A program made the translations under genes and the position numbers. The notes below the pieces were generated by a model. The model ran no database searches. It saw nothing but the letters and a program-made list of their open reading frames with translations, and had not been told where the DNA came from. DNA of 62,408 nt, counting the filler, from Circinaria calcarea (taxonomy: Eukaryota): assembly GCA_051942165.1 (NCBI GenBank). It is 33 parts of 33 records of this genome, joined end to end, with 100 filler letters (N's around TTAATTAATTAA, not from the genome) between each part and the next. Parts side by side here need not be neighbours in the genome. Positions count along the whole stretch, not along the records: positions 24,737 to 26,533 come from JAVECS010004216.1; positions 26,634 to 28,427 come from JAVECS010004217.1; positions 28,528 to 30,321 come from JAVECS010004218.1; positions 30,422 to 32,215 come from JAVECS010004219.1; positions 32,316 to 34,107 come from JAVECS010004220.1; positions 34,208 to 35,999 come from JAVECS010004221.1; positions 36,100 to 37,890 come from JAVECS010004222.1; 26 more parts are not named here. One strand, written 5' to 3'. Positions 25,389 to 37,890 of the stretch are shown in pieces (positions within the stretch are counted from its first letter, which is position 1; each line of letters begins with the position of its first letter).

Positions 25389-27538
25389 CGCCACCGGGTA
25401 TTGGCTGGGAATAACCGACAACTGCGGCTCTTTTGTCGCGACGGAGAATGAATGATAGAAACACCGGATCAGATTTGTTGGGGGTCGTGGAGTTGCCGCG
25501 CGGCCATCTAACGGTGTCGAAGCTCTACTTTGGAGACAGACGGCGGTAACAACTCAGGACTTTGGAGTAGTGTTTATTTTCAAGATTGGAAGTGAAGCGT
25601 ATGACAAATAGAGCGGCCGGCGCAGTGAGACCGATGGGAATTTGGAACAAGGGCGAGTGAGGGTGCGAGATATGCCTTGAGGGGTTTGTACGGGGGATTG
25701 CGACAGTGCGGATGAGAGGTCGATCAGCCTGGTTTGGACCGTTAAACTGACTCGGAATATTGAGCAGGCACGAAGATATCTAAACGAAAGTAGTAATAGA
25801 CAGAGCTGGAGTGAGCGCTATTTACACATTTGCTGCCGTGAGGAAGATGAATCTGCTGTTCGGGTTATTCGCAGAGTGCAATGAGCTTGTTTGCCGTTGG
25901 ACCAACGACGACGTCCCTCGGCTACGTCGTGCGGTTGAACAGGGGTCTGACTCCGTGAATGATAAATCAGCATCCTTCCCCCAAAGAGACATGGCGTATG
26001 AGGCTGTCTCTCGCCAGACTCCATGACGGCTCTTACCAACGCCAATTTATAGCAGAAAGACGTTCACAACCAGATCTCAATAGTCATATAAGCCAAGCCG
26101 CTACAGAGATCATCTTCAAACGGCTCCCCAGTCACACCGCGACGTGAACCGTTTCTGCCCATGCATGCAGCACAGACCTATTCTACCTGGACCTGCGCAA
26201 GACTAGCCCCTGTTCCGATCACTACCTGACATGAGAAAGTCCACTCTCCTTTCTCACCACAGCGTTCAGACCTACATGAAGCATGATGCGTCCGCATAGA
26301 GCATAGCGCACTTCACCACTTAGCATCTTCTGGTTTGACACCTGGGACAATTCATGTCAGAAGCTTTTACAACGTGATAACCGTCGGCTTCACTGGAGGT
26401 ATAAGCATTCACGCATCTTGCTTTGAATTCTACGTGGCAAGAGTACATTAGGATGACAGTATTCTTCTCACGATTCACCTCTCCACATGATATGATGCTC
26501 CACTGCTACAATGCCGGGGAACCTGGCTAGGGGNNNNNNNNNNNNNNNNNNNNNNNNNNNNNNNNNNNNNNNNNNNNTTAATTAATTAANNNNNNNNNNN
26601 NNNNNNNNNNNNNNNNNNNNNNNNNNNNNNNNNATTCCGCACTGCGTCTCCTCCTCCTCCTCCCAATCTCCCCTTCCCCACCCTCAAACCATATCTCCAA
26701 GGACCAGCACTACCGCCAAAAACCCCCTCCCCGCCAACACTCCGCCCGAACGTCCCCCAAAACGAATCCATCTCCCAAATATCCTCCCTCCTCACCACAA
26801 GCAGTTCATTCCTTCCAATGAATATCGCCGCACAGAGAGGGAGAATCTTTCCCGCACACCCACCATCCTTCTTTTCCAACCACAAAAGCGCGCAGCTCAT
26901 ACAACAAACCTTGAGATCCACCGGGGGATTTTCTTTTTCGGATTTTCCCCGGCCCTAACCCCAGCCCCAGGCTCAACGGACAAAAGTTGACCGGCGCGAA
27001 ATGCGGAACTTTCAAAAGCTTCCCAGTTCGACTTGACTTGACTGGACTGGACTTTGACTTTGACTTCCTTCCGAGTTCCTTTTTTGTTTCTTTTGGAAGT
27101 TCGAAAGGACAAGGAGGGCAATAATGGTAAGAAGGGGCAAGAAAGGGCAACAATGGGCAAAAAGGGTAAGAAGGTAAGAAGGGCAATAATGGGGCAAGAA
27201 GGGGAACCCCAGAATGGGAGGGAGTAAGCGTCATAGATTGTCGCGATCACGTGGTGGTGTAACCCGGATACGAATCGGGGGTGGTACAATGGTACGCCCA
27301 TTCTACGCTATTTTGGGTTGCAAGCCGCGCGGGGAAAAAAGAGGAAGAAGAAAGAAAGAGGTAGGGTATTGGTTACATCGGGCATGTTAAATGAATGGAG
27401 TTTGGATGGAAGTCATGGAAGCCATTATATATTCATATTACGCGTTTAGGAAGAGCCCTATCGTTTGTACATGCATATAAGTATGATATTGGGATCCCTA
27501 TATGTTTTCACAGAAAATCTATGGATAAAGTTTCTAAT

Positions 27539-28427
27539 TCACTCCGGGGGGACATATGGATGAACCAACATCTCACTGAACCTAGCCGGCCACGGAGAAC
27601 CTGATTAGCGATAAACTCCTTCGAGGATCAACAATACAGCAGAAACTTACTTCTCCAACCTCTCCTTCCCGCGCACCTCCTCCACCAGCAGCGGCATCTT
27701 CACCACATTAAACTCATCGTACAACTCCTCGATCTGATCGAGATACTTCTTCTGCATCTTCCGCCTCGCGTTGCATTGATCGCAGTCACTGCTCTTTTTG
27801 GGGAACAGCAGCTGGTTGACGACAATGGCGTGCGTGTCAATCTGATACGACGAAAGCTCTTGGATCATGCGCTCCGTCTCATACAGGGACAGAAATTCGG
27901 GAATGCAGACGCAGACGAAGGTCGTCATGTCGGGGTTCTTAAACTGCGTGTTGACTTCGCCAATGGTCTCGCGGAGAGACTCCATCTTCTGGAGCAAATC
28001 GTCGAGGTTTTGCCCGCCGGGGAGACCGCCGCGAGCGCCGATTATGGAATTCATCATGGGTCCGAATTGAGTAGATAGTTGGGAGAGCTTGGCGAGTGCC
28101 TTTTCAAGCACCGTGGGGAACTGCAAGAATCGAAGCGTATGGCCCGTAGGCGCGGTATCGAAGATGATGGTTTCGTACGATAACGACTTGACCTGCTTTA
28201 GAACTTCTGCAAAGGACATGGCTTCATCCACACCGGGTATCTATTCTCGGCGTCAGTAATGTTCTAGCTTACTCGGACTCGATCTCCGAATCCTCACACT
28301 GAACGCCAAATCCTGCATCATCCCTCCCATGCCCCCTAGCCCTGCCATTGCTTCCTCCGCTCCCTCGCCTCCCTCCTTCAATAAATCCTGAATGCTCCCG
28401 TTCGGATCAATCTCCATGGCGCTCAGA
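27539..28427 (-). CDS. GET3: Tail-anchored protein targeting ATPase, 5' truncated
   Basis: [44 protein letters not shown] and CDQC; last exon [13 protein letters not shown]. Confidence 0.97.
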
Positions 28428-28527
28428 NNNNNNNNNNNNNNNNNNNNNNNNNNNNNNNNNNNNNNNNNNNNTTAATTAATTAANNNNNNNNNNNNNNNNN
28501 NNNNNNNNNNNNNNNNNNNNNNNNNNN

Positions 28528-29897
28528 GGCTATCTGTCCGGGTTCCCAGAAGCTCAACCTGTTTCATTCGACACAGTACGGAACATGTCATTTATGGACT
28601 ATATAGCGATACCGTCGTTGGTTCGCATGGACATCGCGAGTGGCAGTTTTGGCATTTTAAACTTCTGAGCTCTCAGGAGGGCAGGAAATTGCCCCAGTTG
28701 GACGGTCATCCAGGAATGGATATTGGGTCCACGGTAGTATTTGAAATATTCGATGACGAGTTATACGTGCTGTCAAGCCAAGTTACGGTTGACACGGAAG
28801 AGCGAGATCCAACCTCCTATTATCACGTGAGTCTATATAATCTGAGAGACACTGAACCCCAGAAACCAAAGACATGGCCAATGTGGCGGCGCCAACATCG
28901 GGAAGGGCCTATTCACGATTCCTGGACCGACCTTGCATTGAAAAGAGACGCGTGCAGTGGAAAGCTCTTGGTCATCGAGACCCGGCGCGCGTGGCAAGAC
29001 GGGCACAGCAAGCAAAAACGAACTTCTTATATTGAACCGCTCATATCAGAAGCTGAGGCTGCAACCGAGGGTTTTGGCGATACAGCTATGAGCAGATCGC
29101 CGGTATCCAATACGGTAGAACCAACAGCTCCCGCAGGTGAGCCGGCAAGGTGGACGCCACCCCCCGACCCTATGTTACCTTCGAGATCAGAAATGGCGAG
29201 ACCGCATCTATCACGTTCCCGCACGCGTCTTCCTCGTAAAGCTCGACACTGCCATCCGGAATATAAGGGTGATCAACCCCCTGCCGATTTCCGTGATTAT
29301 CGCTTGGCGCAAACGAAATATAGGGTCTACAATTACAGCTGTGCCGCCTTCTTGGATATTATCTATGATGACCAGAGTCCCACGCAATTTCCCCAATTCA
29401 AACAGCAGCTCCGTTTCCGAGTTCAGTCTCGAGTTCAGTCTCGTGTCCAAGCCGATAGCGAAGAGCGCTTTGAATATCGAGGTATCCGAACATGGCCACC
29501 TTCAGACGCTCCAGGTGAGTTACTCAAAGTTATCAACCCAGAATCCGGAGCAGGTAGACTGGATGGTTGCTCTGATGAACGTTCGGTGGTTTATATGGCT
29601 GGCTCGGATGTCTCGGGGCAAGGGAAGCCAATTGTCTTGGTCAACTTTGATCCTTTCATTCGGTTCTCGGGGCTGAAAACTGTCGATCAGGCTGAGCACA
29701 GAAGGGATGAGCAGGACTTATCGACGTTCAACAATGGGCTTTTGTTGGATCAGATGAATATCGGGTCCCATGTTCAACCTCGTGTAGCGCTTAGTGAGCC
29801 GGCGGCTTCAAACCCAGCAGCAGGAGGACGTGTGTCACGATTTCGACAGATAAGGGCCATGTGGCAGCAAATCAGGCATGGCTATCAGCTACGGTGA
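28528..29897 (+). CDS. Fungal F-box-associated protein, C-terminal region, 5' truncated
   Basis: Frame is open from 28530 for ~455 codons. DIGSTVVFEI, TSYYH and WRRQHREGPIHDSWTDL match a fungal F-box family as I recall it; the F-box itself is not present. Confidence 0.65.
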
Positions 29898-31595
29898 AAA
29901 AAACCCCCCAATAGCTCAATTAGGAAAATTTTCAAGAGCAGCCTCGCATGGTTGTTTTCAACATTTTGAATGGTGAACGGCCTCGCAGGGGGTTACTCCG
30001 TACAGGCATAATTACCTCAAAGAACCCTTGGAGGATTCGTCAGCCCATACGAGGTGCATAATATTATCAATCAACAGTCCCATCGAGAGATTTACTTTTC
30101 GGAGTTTTGTCCGAATACAAAGATGAGTTGCTGCTGGCTGACTAGGGCCTCCCCCACATGTGATAGCCCGTAATCTGTTTGGTTGTCTAAATGAAACCAG
30201 CCAAGGGTCGTCTATATGGATGTATGTTAAACAATTGCAACCATTGGATCGTCTTCACTTTCCCTGCATGTTTGTAGAATTTGAGCCGAGCGTTCCGAAT
30301 CAATTGGCGGCCCCTCCCCCCNNNNNNNNNNNNNNNNNNNNNNNNNNNNNNNNNNNNNNNNNNNNTTAATTAATTAANNNNNNNNNNNNNNNNNNNNNNN
30401 NNNNNNNNNNNNNNNNNNNNNGGGTAGAATTCCGGGGGAGGGAAGGCTAAGGCTAAACGGCTTATCGATAGAAGAGTCAGCAAACTGCCTTGGCACAAAG
30501 CTTTCCTCAGCGAGGCAATAGTAAGCTTATCCGCCATGACAAACCCAAGCTTTAGTCATATCGCCATCGAGCAGAGAGGGGAACCGGTAGGGTCCGACCA
30601 GTTGCGCTGCAGCTTTGGTCCGGAGCATCCGCACCATCCGGCTGCCTACCTCGTGTACGATGGTAGAAAGCCATGCCAAGAGGTCTGTAGAAGCAGTAAT
30701 GCTTACATCTCAATGAAACGCTTTGGCTGAGAATGGATCGGGTTCTGCAGCATCCACAATCACGGGGAACCTCGAACCGTAACCGTTATGGCGAACGACT
30801 GCACTGCCACGACCAGGTAAGAAGAGCCGTGATAACGCGCGCTTGCAACTGTGGTACTGGTAGAATGCGGGAGCTAGGCTAGCGTGCTTTTTGAATCTCG
30901 ATGTTGGGGCTTACATAAGCCGAGCAGTATTTTAGCGAACTCTCTCACTCCTACCTAGTTGCATGAACATAGTCAAATCAATGAACTTTGTGCCACGAAT
31001 TCTTACATGACAATATCGATCTCGGTCCGACTTCTGGCCAGACTGCCTCCTCTCATCCCATCCCATCCCATCCCATCACAGCGTATCCTCCTTGATGAAG
31101 ACATACGACCGAGCCAGTAGTTATGAGCGCACGACTTTTGCAGTGCATTTTCAGCCCTTTCTGGCACTCATTTAAAGGTCTCTCATACGTATATATTTAG
31201 GAATCTTCGACTGCGTGATAATCGAAATAAGTACTACGCTCATTGATAGAACCCCCAATCTCCTATCCTACAATGGTGGCATGCGCAATGCAATAGTCTT
31301 TAAATCACAAAAAGTAGACAATAGTTTCAGGCTATGGCGGAGGACTTTCAGCTCGTTTACTGCTCCGAAGTACTCTTTTTTTCAGTTGATATTTTGGAAT
31401 GCATGGAATCAAACTTCATGGAATGTCTGATATTTTGCATTCCTTCATAGCATTCCTCCCACGACAATGATTGTCGCTATGGGCTTGACGCTTTCTCGCT
31501 TCACTAGACTTTGCCATTTCGTTGATGATATAGGGGTCTCGCTGCCGTATTGCCCGTTATTCCAATTCCACCGATAACTTTGATCCTATACGGCC

Positions 31596-32215
31596 ATGCC
31601 CACCAATCCTCCCAAGGGCGTGCCCGTGTGGATAATCGCCATTATTGCTGTTGCAGCTACTGCTTTGATTTTGGGCCCTTCTATTATCTTCGTTTACTTT
31701 ATGAGAAAAAGGCGTCAACGTCTCCGGGGTATCACAAGCATCACTGCCGGCGAGAGAAGGTTGAGCCATTACAATCGAGGCCGTCTTACCATCACAGACG
31801 ATGACTTGGCCCATCTACCTCAAGTTAGAGCCGTGCTGCGGAAATCCACCCGCAACCCCTACGCACGAGAATGGATCCCAGCTGCCTCCCGCGACAGCCT
31901 GATACGGCGCTCGATCATATCCATGCCCGTACTACAGGACTATTACAACCCCCGGCCTACCTCAAATGAGCTTCCCTGGCCTGTGGCACGAGGTCCAACT
32001 CGACCTAACCGTGTGCCATTGCATCGTATGAAAAGTCTACCGCCCATAATCGAAAAGTCCACAAATCATAGAAGCAATCACACCCGCACCTGTTCTAAAC
32101 GAATGCTACCTGCACCACCCTCACAAAGCGAAGTTAAAGCGAATCAGGGAGCGGATGGCACGGAAGCTTTTCAGACTGCGTCTTCGCCCATGGTTTCCCC
32201 AATCGAGTCATCAAG
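31596..32215 (+). CDS. Hypothetical single-pass membrane protein, 3' truncated
   Basis: N-terminal hydrophobic helix followed by RKRRQR and a disordered tail. Confidence 0.6.
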
Positions 32216-33794
32216 NNNNNNNNNNNNNNNNNNNNNNNNNNNNNNNNNNNNNNNNNNNNTTAATTAATTAANNNNNNNNNNNNNNNNNNNNNNNNNNNNN
32301 NNNNNNNNNNNNNNNATATAATATATACCGGGCGACCCCCCCCCGGAAAGCTTGGCGGCCCCCCCGAATACACAGTGGTGGGCATAGCCCTTATATACCG
32401 TAATCGTAGGGACAGTAGGATTCGCGCAAATAGCATAGATAATGAAACCCTATGAAACTCCTGAACCCTGCATATTCTGTATGTGTGCCGTGTATGTGAT
32501 AAGCCATAGTAGCTTGAGTCGAATAATATTAGGCTAAATCGTGATAGGATCGTGCGGCAGTATTGATCAGGAGAAAAGCCCCGTCGAGCACCTGAACTCT
32601 ACCAGAAATGTCCATAGATGCGGATTGTATCATAATTCATCAACACTGACTTCCCCGGTGCACACCGTAATGAGAGTCTGCAAGTATCTGCATGCCACTG
32701 GTCCCAAACCGCCGTATACACCCGTCAATACGCTCGCAGACTGAGTCTACAGCTCTATCGAGATAGAGTCAATTACGAGGATAGAAACGTAGCTTATATT
32801 ATTAATCCTAGATCATGATAGCTTTAAAATGCTTCAAATTTCATCGGAAGTGCAACCAATACGGTATCAGCACTATCTTCTCCTATGCCTCAAATTCCCC
32901 TAGCATCCTACACCCATTACTACCATCTTGCGAACCTTAAAATTACGACATACTTTTCACTTTGCAGCTGACACTTTACAGGCGCTGTTCACATCTTTAG
33001 CTAGTTTATTTGCTGGTTATGCATCTTAGTGGAGGATGTGTGCTCTTTCGCTTTCTTTTAGAATACCCTAGAATAAAGCTTAGAACGTTATGCCACGAGG
33101 CAACAGCTTGGCATTATATTATCAATCCATGCTTTTAAAGGTTTATATTCTTCCTCGGAATCAGGGCCTTCATATCAGCTTTTAATATCAGAAATGCGCT
33201 GATTATTCGTAATTATATTCAGCTGCATAGAAAGAGGCTTCGGGGCTATCACGTGAGCAAACATTCTTGGCAGTGGACCCTTCTATTTCTACGTACCTCC
33301 CCAGCTCCCCTACCCCGTGGTCCCAAAAGCCCGAAGCATTCACGCATTCTACTCATGGATTGAACTTACAACGATATAAATATTGCGCCCACGAAAGTAC
33401 TTTCTATACATAGGGGCCCACGTTTATCGCCTCAATAAGCGCTTCCTCTTGAGCTTCTATTTGCTAGATTGCAGGCAGTATTAGTGGGTGTATCGAAACT
33501 GCAGGTGCAAGAGGGATCCGGCGACGCAGTTTGGAAGTTTGTCACGTGAGCAAACATTCCTGGCACTTGGATGAATTAATTTTCCGGAAAGTATTAAGCT
33601 GCTGGATCAGTATGAGTGCATGAAGGATGGCTGGTAGTAGGTCTTCTACTACTGAGCGTGTATGCTATATACATGTTTCTGCTGTGTGTAGCAGCAGAAG
33701 AATCTTTCTATGTGTAGTGGGGGTACCGAGCAACGTGCACCCGAGGATCTAACCTTATGGAGATTTGATAGAAAGTATTTCAACAGATTTTCGG

Positions 33795-34107
33795 TCAATA
33801 TAAAAATAATACTGCAAACCAGAATCCTATATCTAACGCCAGGGCTACGGACGCCGCTCTGTATATATTAGCACGTCCTTGGAAGTTTAATATATTGGTG
33901 GAAGATGCTGATCCAGGAGTAGCCGAGGAAAATGCCAAAGCTCCTTCACTTCCTAAAGCCGTCGTAGCCATAGTAGCTGTAGCACCGGGGCCGGGAATAA
34001 CTGCTGTACCACTCAAAAGACCATTGGGGCCAGAATGAAAGGGGGTGTTGTTGATGGTAACTATTGATCCATCAAATGTAAGGACTTTTCCACCATTGAG
34101 AGTAAAA
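33795..34107 (-). CDS. C-terminus of a probable GPI-anchored Ser/Thr/Gly-rich cell wall protein
   Basis: Frame open to the contig end; FQGRA followed by a hydrophobic tail. Confidence 0.55.
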
Positions 34108-34207
34108 NNNNNNNNNNNNNNNNNNNNNNNNNNNNNNNNNNNNNNNNNNNNTTAATTAATTAANNNNNNNNNNNNNNNNNNNNNNNNNNNNNNNNNNNNN
34201 NNNNNNN

Positions 34208-34578
34208 CTACTCTACCCAAGGTCCTCCGATCCCAAGCCGCAGCACCTCCAACGTATTTACTTGTTTTGGCGTTCATACCGATTGGTACGGCAATCTATA
34301 TATCCTCCACACGTTATTCCGACTTCAGACATCATGGTTTCGATATCATCTCTGGCTCTTTGATGGGATTATTGCTTGCATGGGGTAGTTTCAGGTGGTA
34401 TCACGCACCCATCAGGAGAGGCGCAGGTTGGAGCTGGGGTGCTAGGAGCAGCCACAAGGCATGGGGCGTGGGGTTAGGTGTTCAGGGGTATGCGGGGGAA
34501 GATGGCAGAAGGGAGAACCATGATATCGAGCGAGACATTGAGCAAGGTAATGTGATGGAGGCAGGTGAATCACATTAG
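34208..34578 (+). CDS. PAP2 family lipid phosphate phosphatase C-terminus
   Basis: QAAAPP...STRYSDFRHHGFDIISGS (PAP2 motif 3). Confidence 0.88.
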
Positions 34579-34996
34579 GTAAACTTCTTTTGAAATGTAT
34601 TCTATAAGATGATAGCTTGGCGCAGTCATTGGATTGGACTGGTACGAATGTATGTTAATTTGAGAATTTAACTGAACACTTGATATTTCACTGTCCAAAT
34701 GGTAAATTGCAAGAGTGATCCAATCTTGAATGTATGCGGCAGGTGATGTGTAGCAAAGCTGATCCTTGGGATTCCACAGCCGGTAAGAGTTTGGCTTCGA
34801 CTGATAGGGTTCAGAACAAACACGCTAGTTAGTACAAGTAGAGGAGTGCACTCCCATCACTTTATCGTATATTTTGACTCGACTTCCTTTTGTGCCACTG
34901 AAACCGTATCCTTCTCAGTTGTAGGGCTACCATAGTCTGTCGTACTTAGGATCCACTGGCTTGCTTCTCCTGCTAATATTTTGCAAGGCGACGACC

Positions 34997-35999
34997 ATGG
35001 ATTCCAAAAAGCGCCTTGCCCTCGCCATCATCGATTTCCTCTCCACTTCACTCAAAGACGGCACTCTCACGTCCGATGATGCCGAGTCAATCGAAGTCGC
35101 CCAAACGTGCATTGCAGATACCTTCCATGTCAATCCTTCGGACAAAGCAGCCATGCAAGATGCCATCGGCAATCAGTCCCTCCTGAGCATCTACGGTGTT
35201 TACGAGAAGCTCAAGGGCAAGTCTACAGCATCCACTACGGGCTCTAGTAGTGCCAACGAAGCACGACCCAGCACCCCCAGTGTCCCATCCTCTGGAAGCG
35301 CGAAACCCACGCAGGCCGGGAGCAACCCTGAAGCGGAGGCGTACAAGAGTAAAGGCAATTCGGCAATGGCGGCCAAGGATTACAAGTCCGCCATCGAACT
35401 GTACACCAAAGCATTGAATATCTCGCCCCTGAACCCGGTCTACCTCTCCAATCGCGCAGCCGCCTACTCGGCGTCGCAACAGCACGCGGAAGCCCAGACG
35501 GATGCAGAAATGGCCGTGGCCGCGGATCCCAAATATACCAAGGCGTGGAGTCGCCTGGGGCTTGCGAGATTCGCGCTGGGAGACGCAAAAGGCAGCATGG
35601 AGGCCTATCAGAAGGGAATTGAATACGAAGGAAACGGAGGGAGTGACGCCATGAAAAAAGGCTACGAGACGGCGAAGAAAAGGGTGGAAGAGGAAGAGAA
35701 AGAAGGAGGTAGTATGGACGCAGATTCTGATGATATCGGCAGTGCCAGAAGTGCAGGAGGAGCCGGTGCAGGTGGCGCTGGAGGTATGCCCGACCTCTCA
35801 GCTCTCGCAGGTATGTTTGGCGGCGGAGGCGGTGGCGGCGGTGGTGGTGGTCCGGATCTCAGCTCCATCATGAACAATCCCATGTTTGCGAGCATGGCGC
35901 AGAACCTGATGAGCAACCCGGACATGATGAACAACATCATGAGTAATCCGCGCTTGCGGCAGATGGCGGAGAGCTTTGGCGGTGGGGGTAGTGGGGGAG
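34997..35999 (+). CDS. SGT2: SGTA-type TPR co-chaperone, 3' truncated
   Basis: Dimerisation domain KKRLALAIIDFL...ESIEVA; three TPRs (KSKGN, YLSNRAAAY, KAWSRLG); STI1-like NNPMFASMAQNLMSNP. Confidence 0.95.
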
Positions 36000-36289
36000 N
36001 NNNNNNNNNNNNNNNNNNNNNNNNNNNNNNNNNNNNNNNNNNNTTAATTAATTAANNNNNNNNNNNNNNNNNNNNNNNNNNNNNNNNNNNNNNNNNNNNA
36101 TGTAGCATGATGGAAAATCATAACTCGGGTATCGTCGTTTTTCATAAGGAGATGATCGGCTAAATTATTTGTCCAAGATACTCGTATGCCTGCGACCCTA
36201 TCACTATTGTCCGCAGCATTTATTAAGGATACTATATTAATTTAAGGTTCGCGCTACCACTATTTGCACGCGCTAGCGATTTTTGAATC

Positions 36290-37565
36290 ATTCGAGTCGG
36301 AACCATTCGCATTCGAATAAATGAGAACTGAATTTTCGATCGTTTTTCAATATTTTTGATGTGTTGAATAGAGGGGAGTCAGTTCTAATGAATGCCGTAA
36401 AAATATTGAAAAACCGTTGATTTTTCGTGATTATATTCAACTGCAAAAATCGTATGTCGCTGCGCGACATAGGCCAACACTTCGTATTTCGGCGCAACAC
36501 CACAGGCACTTTCATGTGCACGCCGCAGTGCAATGCGCCATCACTCTAATAAAAATGTAATTAGAGCATTTAATAGAGCTTATGAAACGCATTCCAATGC
36601 CGTAAAAATTGTAGAAATCGAACGAGAATTGCGTGAGCAGTAGCAGTGGGGGAATTTACAATAGAATAGCGCTATTCCGGCTGCGTCGCTTCTATTCTGA
36701 TTAAATCGGAATTTCGGAATATTAGCATACAATTCGAATACATGGCGCATTGCAACACGCCACCATATTGAAAAAATCTAGTAAGTGCATTTTGAAGAGC
36801 TGATTCAGCGCATTCAAATACTGTTTCAGTTTTGAAAAACGAAGGAAAATTGAGTGCGCAATGGCAGTTGGGGAATATATAGTAAGGTTCCGGCGGCTTC
36901 GCTTCCATTCCGATGGAGTGGGAATGCTACGATTTCGCTTCGGTGGAATCATAGTAAACACTTCTCTATGCACTGCGCATTGCTGTAAATCATCATGATG
37001 AAAAAATTCTAATCAGTGCGATCGAAGGAGCATATTAAGCGCATTCCAACGCCGTTTCAGTATTGAAAATCGAATTAGAATTGCGTGCGTAATGGCTGTT
37101 GGGGAATACGGAGTGAAATTCGCTGCTGAGGCATCTATTCCGGCGGCTTCGCTTTCAACCCGAATAAATCGGAATGCTGCGGGCTCACATCGGTGGAATA
37201 GTAGTATGCAATTGGCAGGCACCGCGCATTGCAATGCCCCACCACTATAAAAGAATTCTAGTCAGTGCAATTGAAAGAGCTTATTGAGCGCATTCCAATA
37301 CCGTTTCGGTTTTGAAAATCGAAGAAGAATTGCGTGCGCAATGGTCGTTGGGGAATTCGTATTGGTGTAGCATATTTGGCTGCGGAATCCTATGTTGCGC
37401 GTAGTGTTCCCGGCGGAATTCCCAGCGCCACGCATTTCCATACGCCACTACTATAAAAAAATTGTAGTAAGTGCATTTCCAAGAGCTATATGGGCGCATT
37501 CCAATGCCGTCGAGATATCGAAAATCGAATACGAATTGCATGCGCAGTGGTGGATGGGGAATTTG
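36290..37565. repeat. Degenerate tandem array of six units (period 205-249 bp) with conserved ungapped cores
   Basis: Core anchors (GCGCATTCCAA-like) at 36382, 36587, 36808, 37039, 37288 and 37494. Confidence 0.9.
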
Positions 37566-37639
37566 AAATTATTATCGCGAATTCGGCGGCGGATATATTA
37601 ATTCCCGGGTGAAATTCCTAATATTCAAAATACACAGCT

Positions 37640-37890
37640 ACTTTTAAATTATTTAATAAAAAAATTAATAAAAGAATTAATAAAAGAAATAATAAAAGAA
37701 ATAATTTAAAAAATTAATAAAGAATAATAAAAAAAATAATTTAAAAAATAGAAAAGAAATTAATAAAAAAATTTATAAAAAATTAATATAAAAATATAAA
37801 ATAAATAATAAATAAAGAAAATAAAAATTATTAAAATAATTTATTTAAGAATTAATAAAGAAAGAATAATAAAAAAATATAAAAATTATT
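37640..37890 (+). repeat. A-rich low-complexity tract (AATAAA-like units, essentially no C)
   Basis: Read directly from the sequence. Confidence 0.9.

Noticed and set aside
27539..35999. GET3 and SGT2 (same pathway) close together; likewise the kinetochore genes CENP-W and DAD2 elsewhere in the window
   Set aside because: They are on different contigs ordered only by length, so there is no evidence of clustering.
36290..37565. CRISPR array
   Set aside because: Repeats are ~100 bp or more and degenerate, linkers are partly homologous to each other, there are no cas genes, and the context is eukaryotic.
36672..37601. Short ORFs over the array as a repeat protein
   Set aside because: Frames and stops are inconsistent between units, and most periods are not multiples of three.
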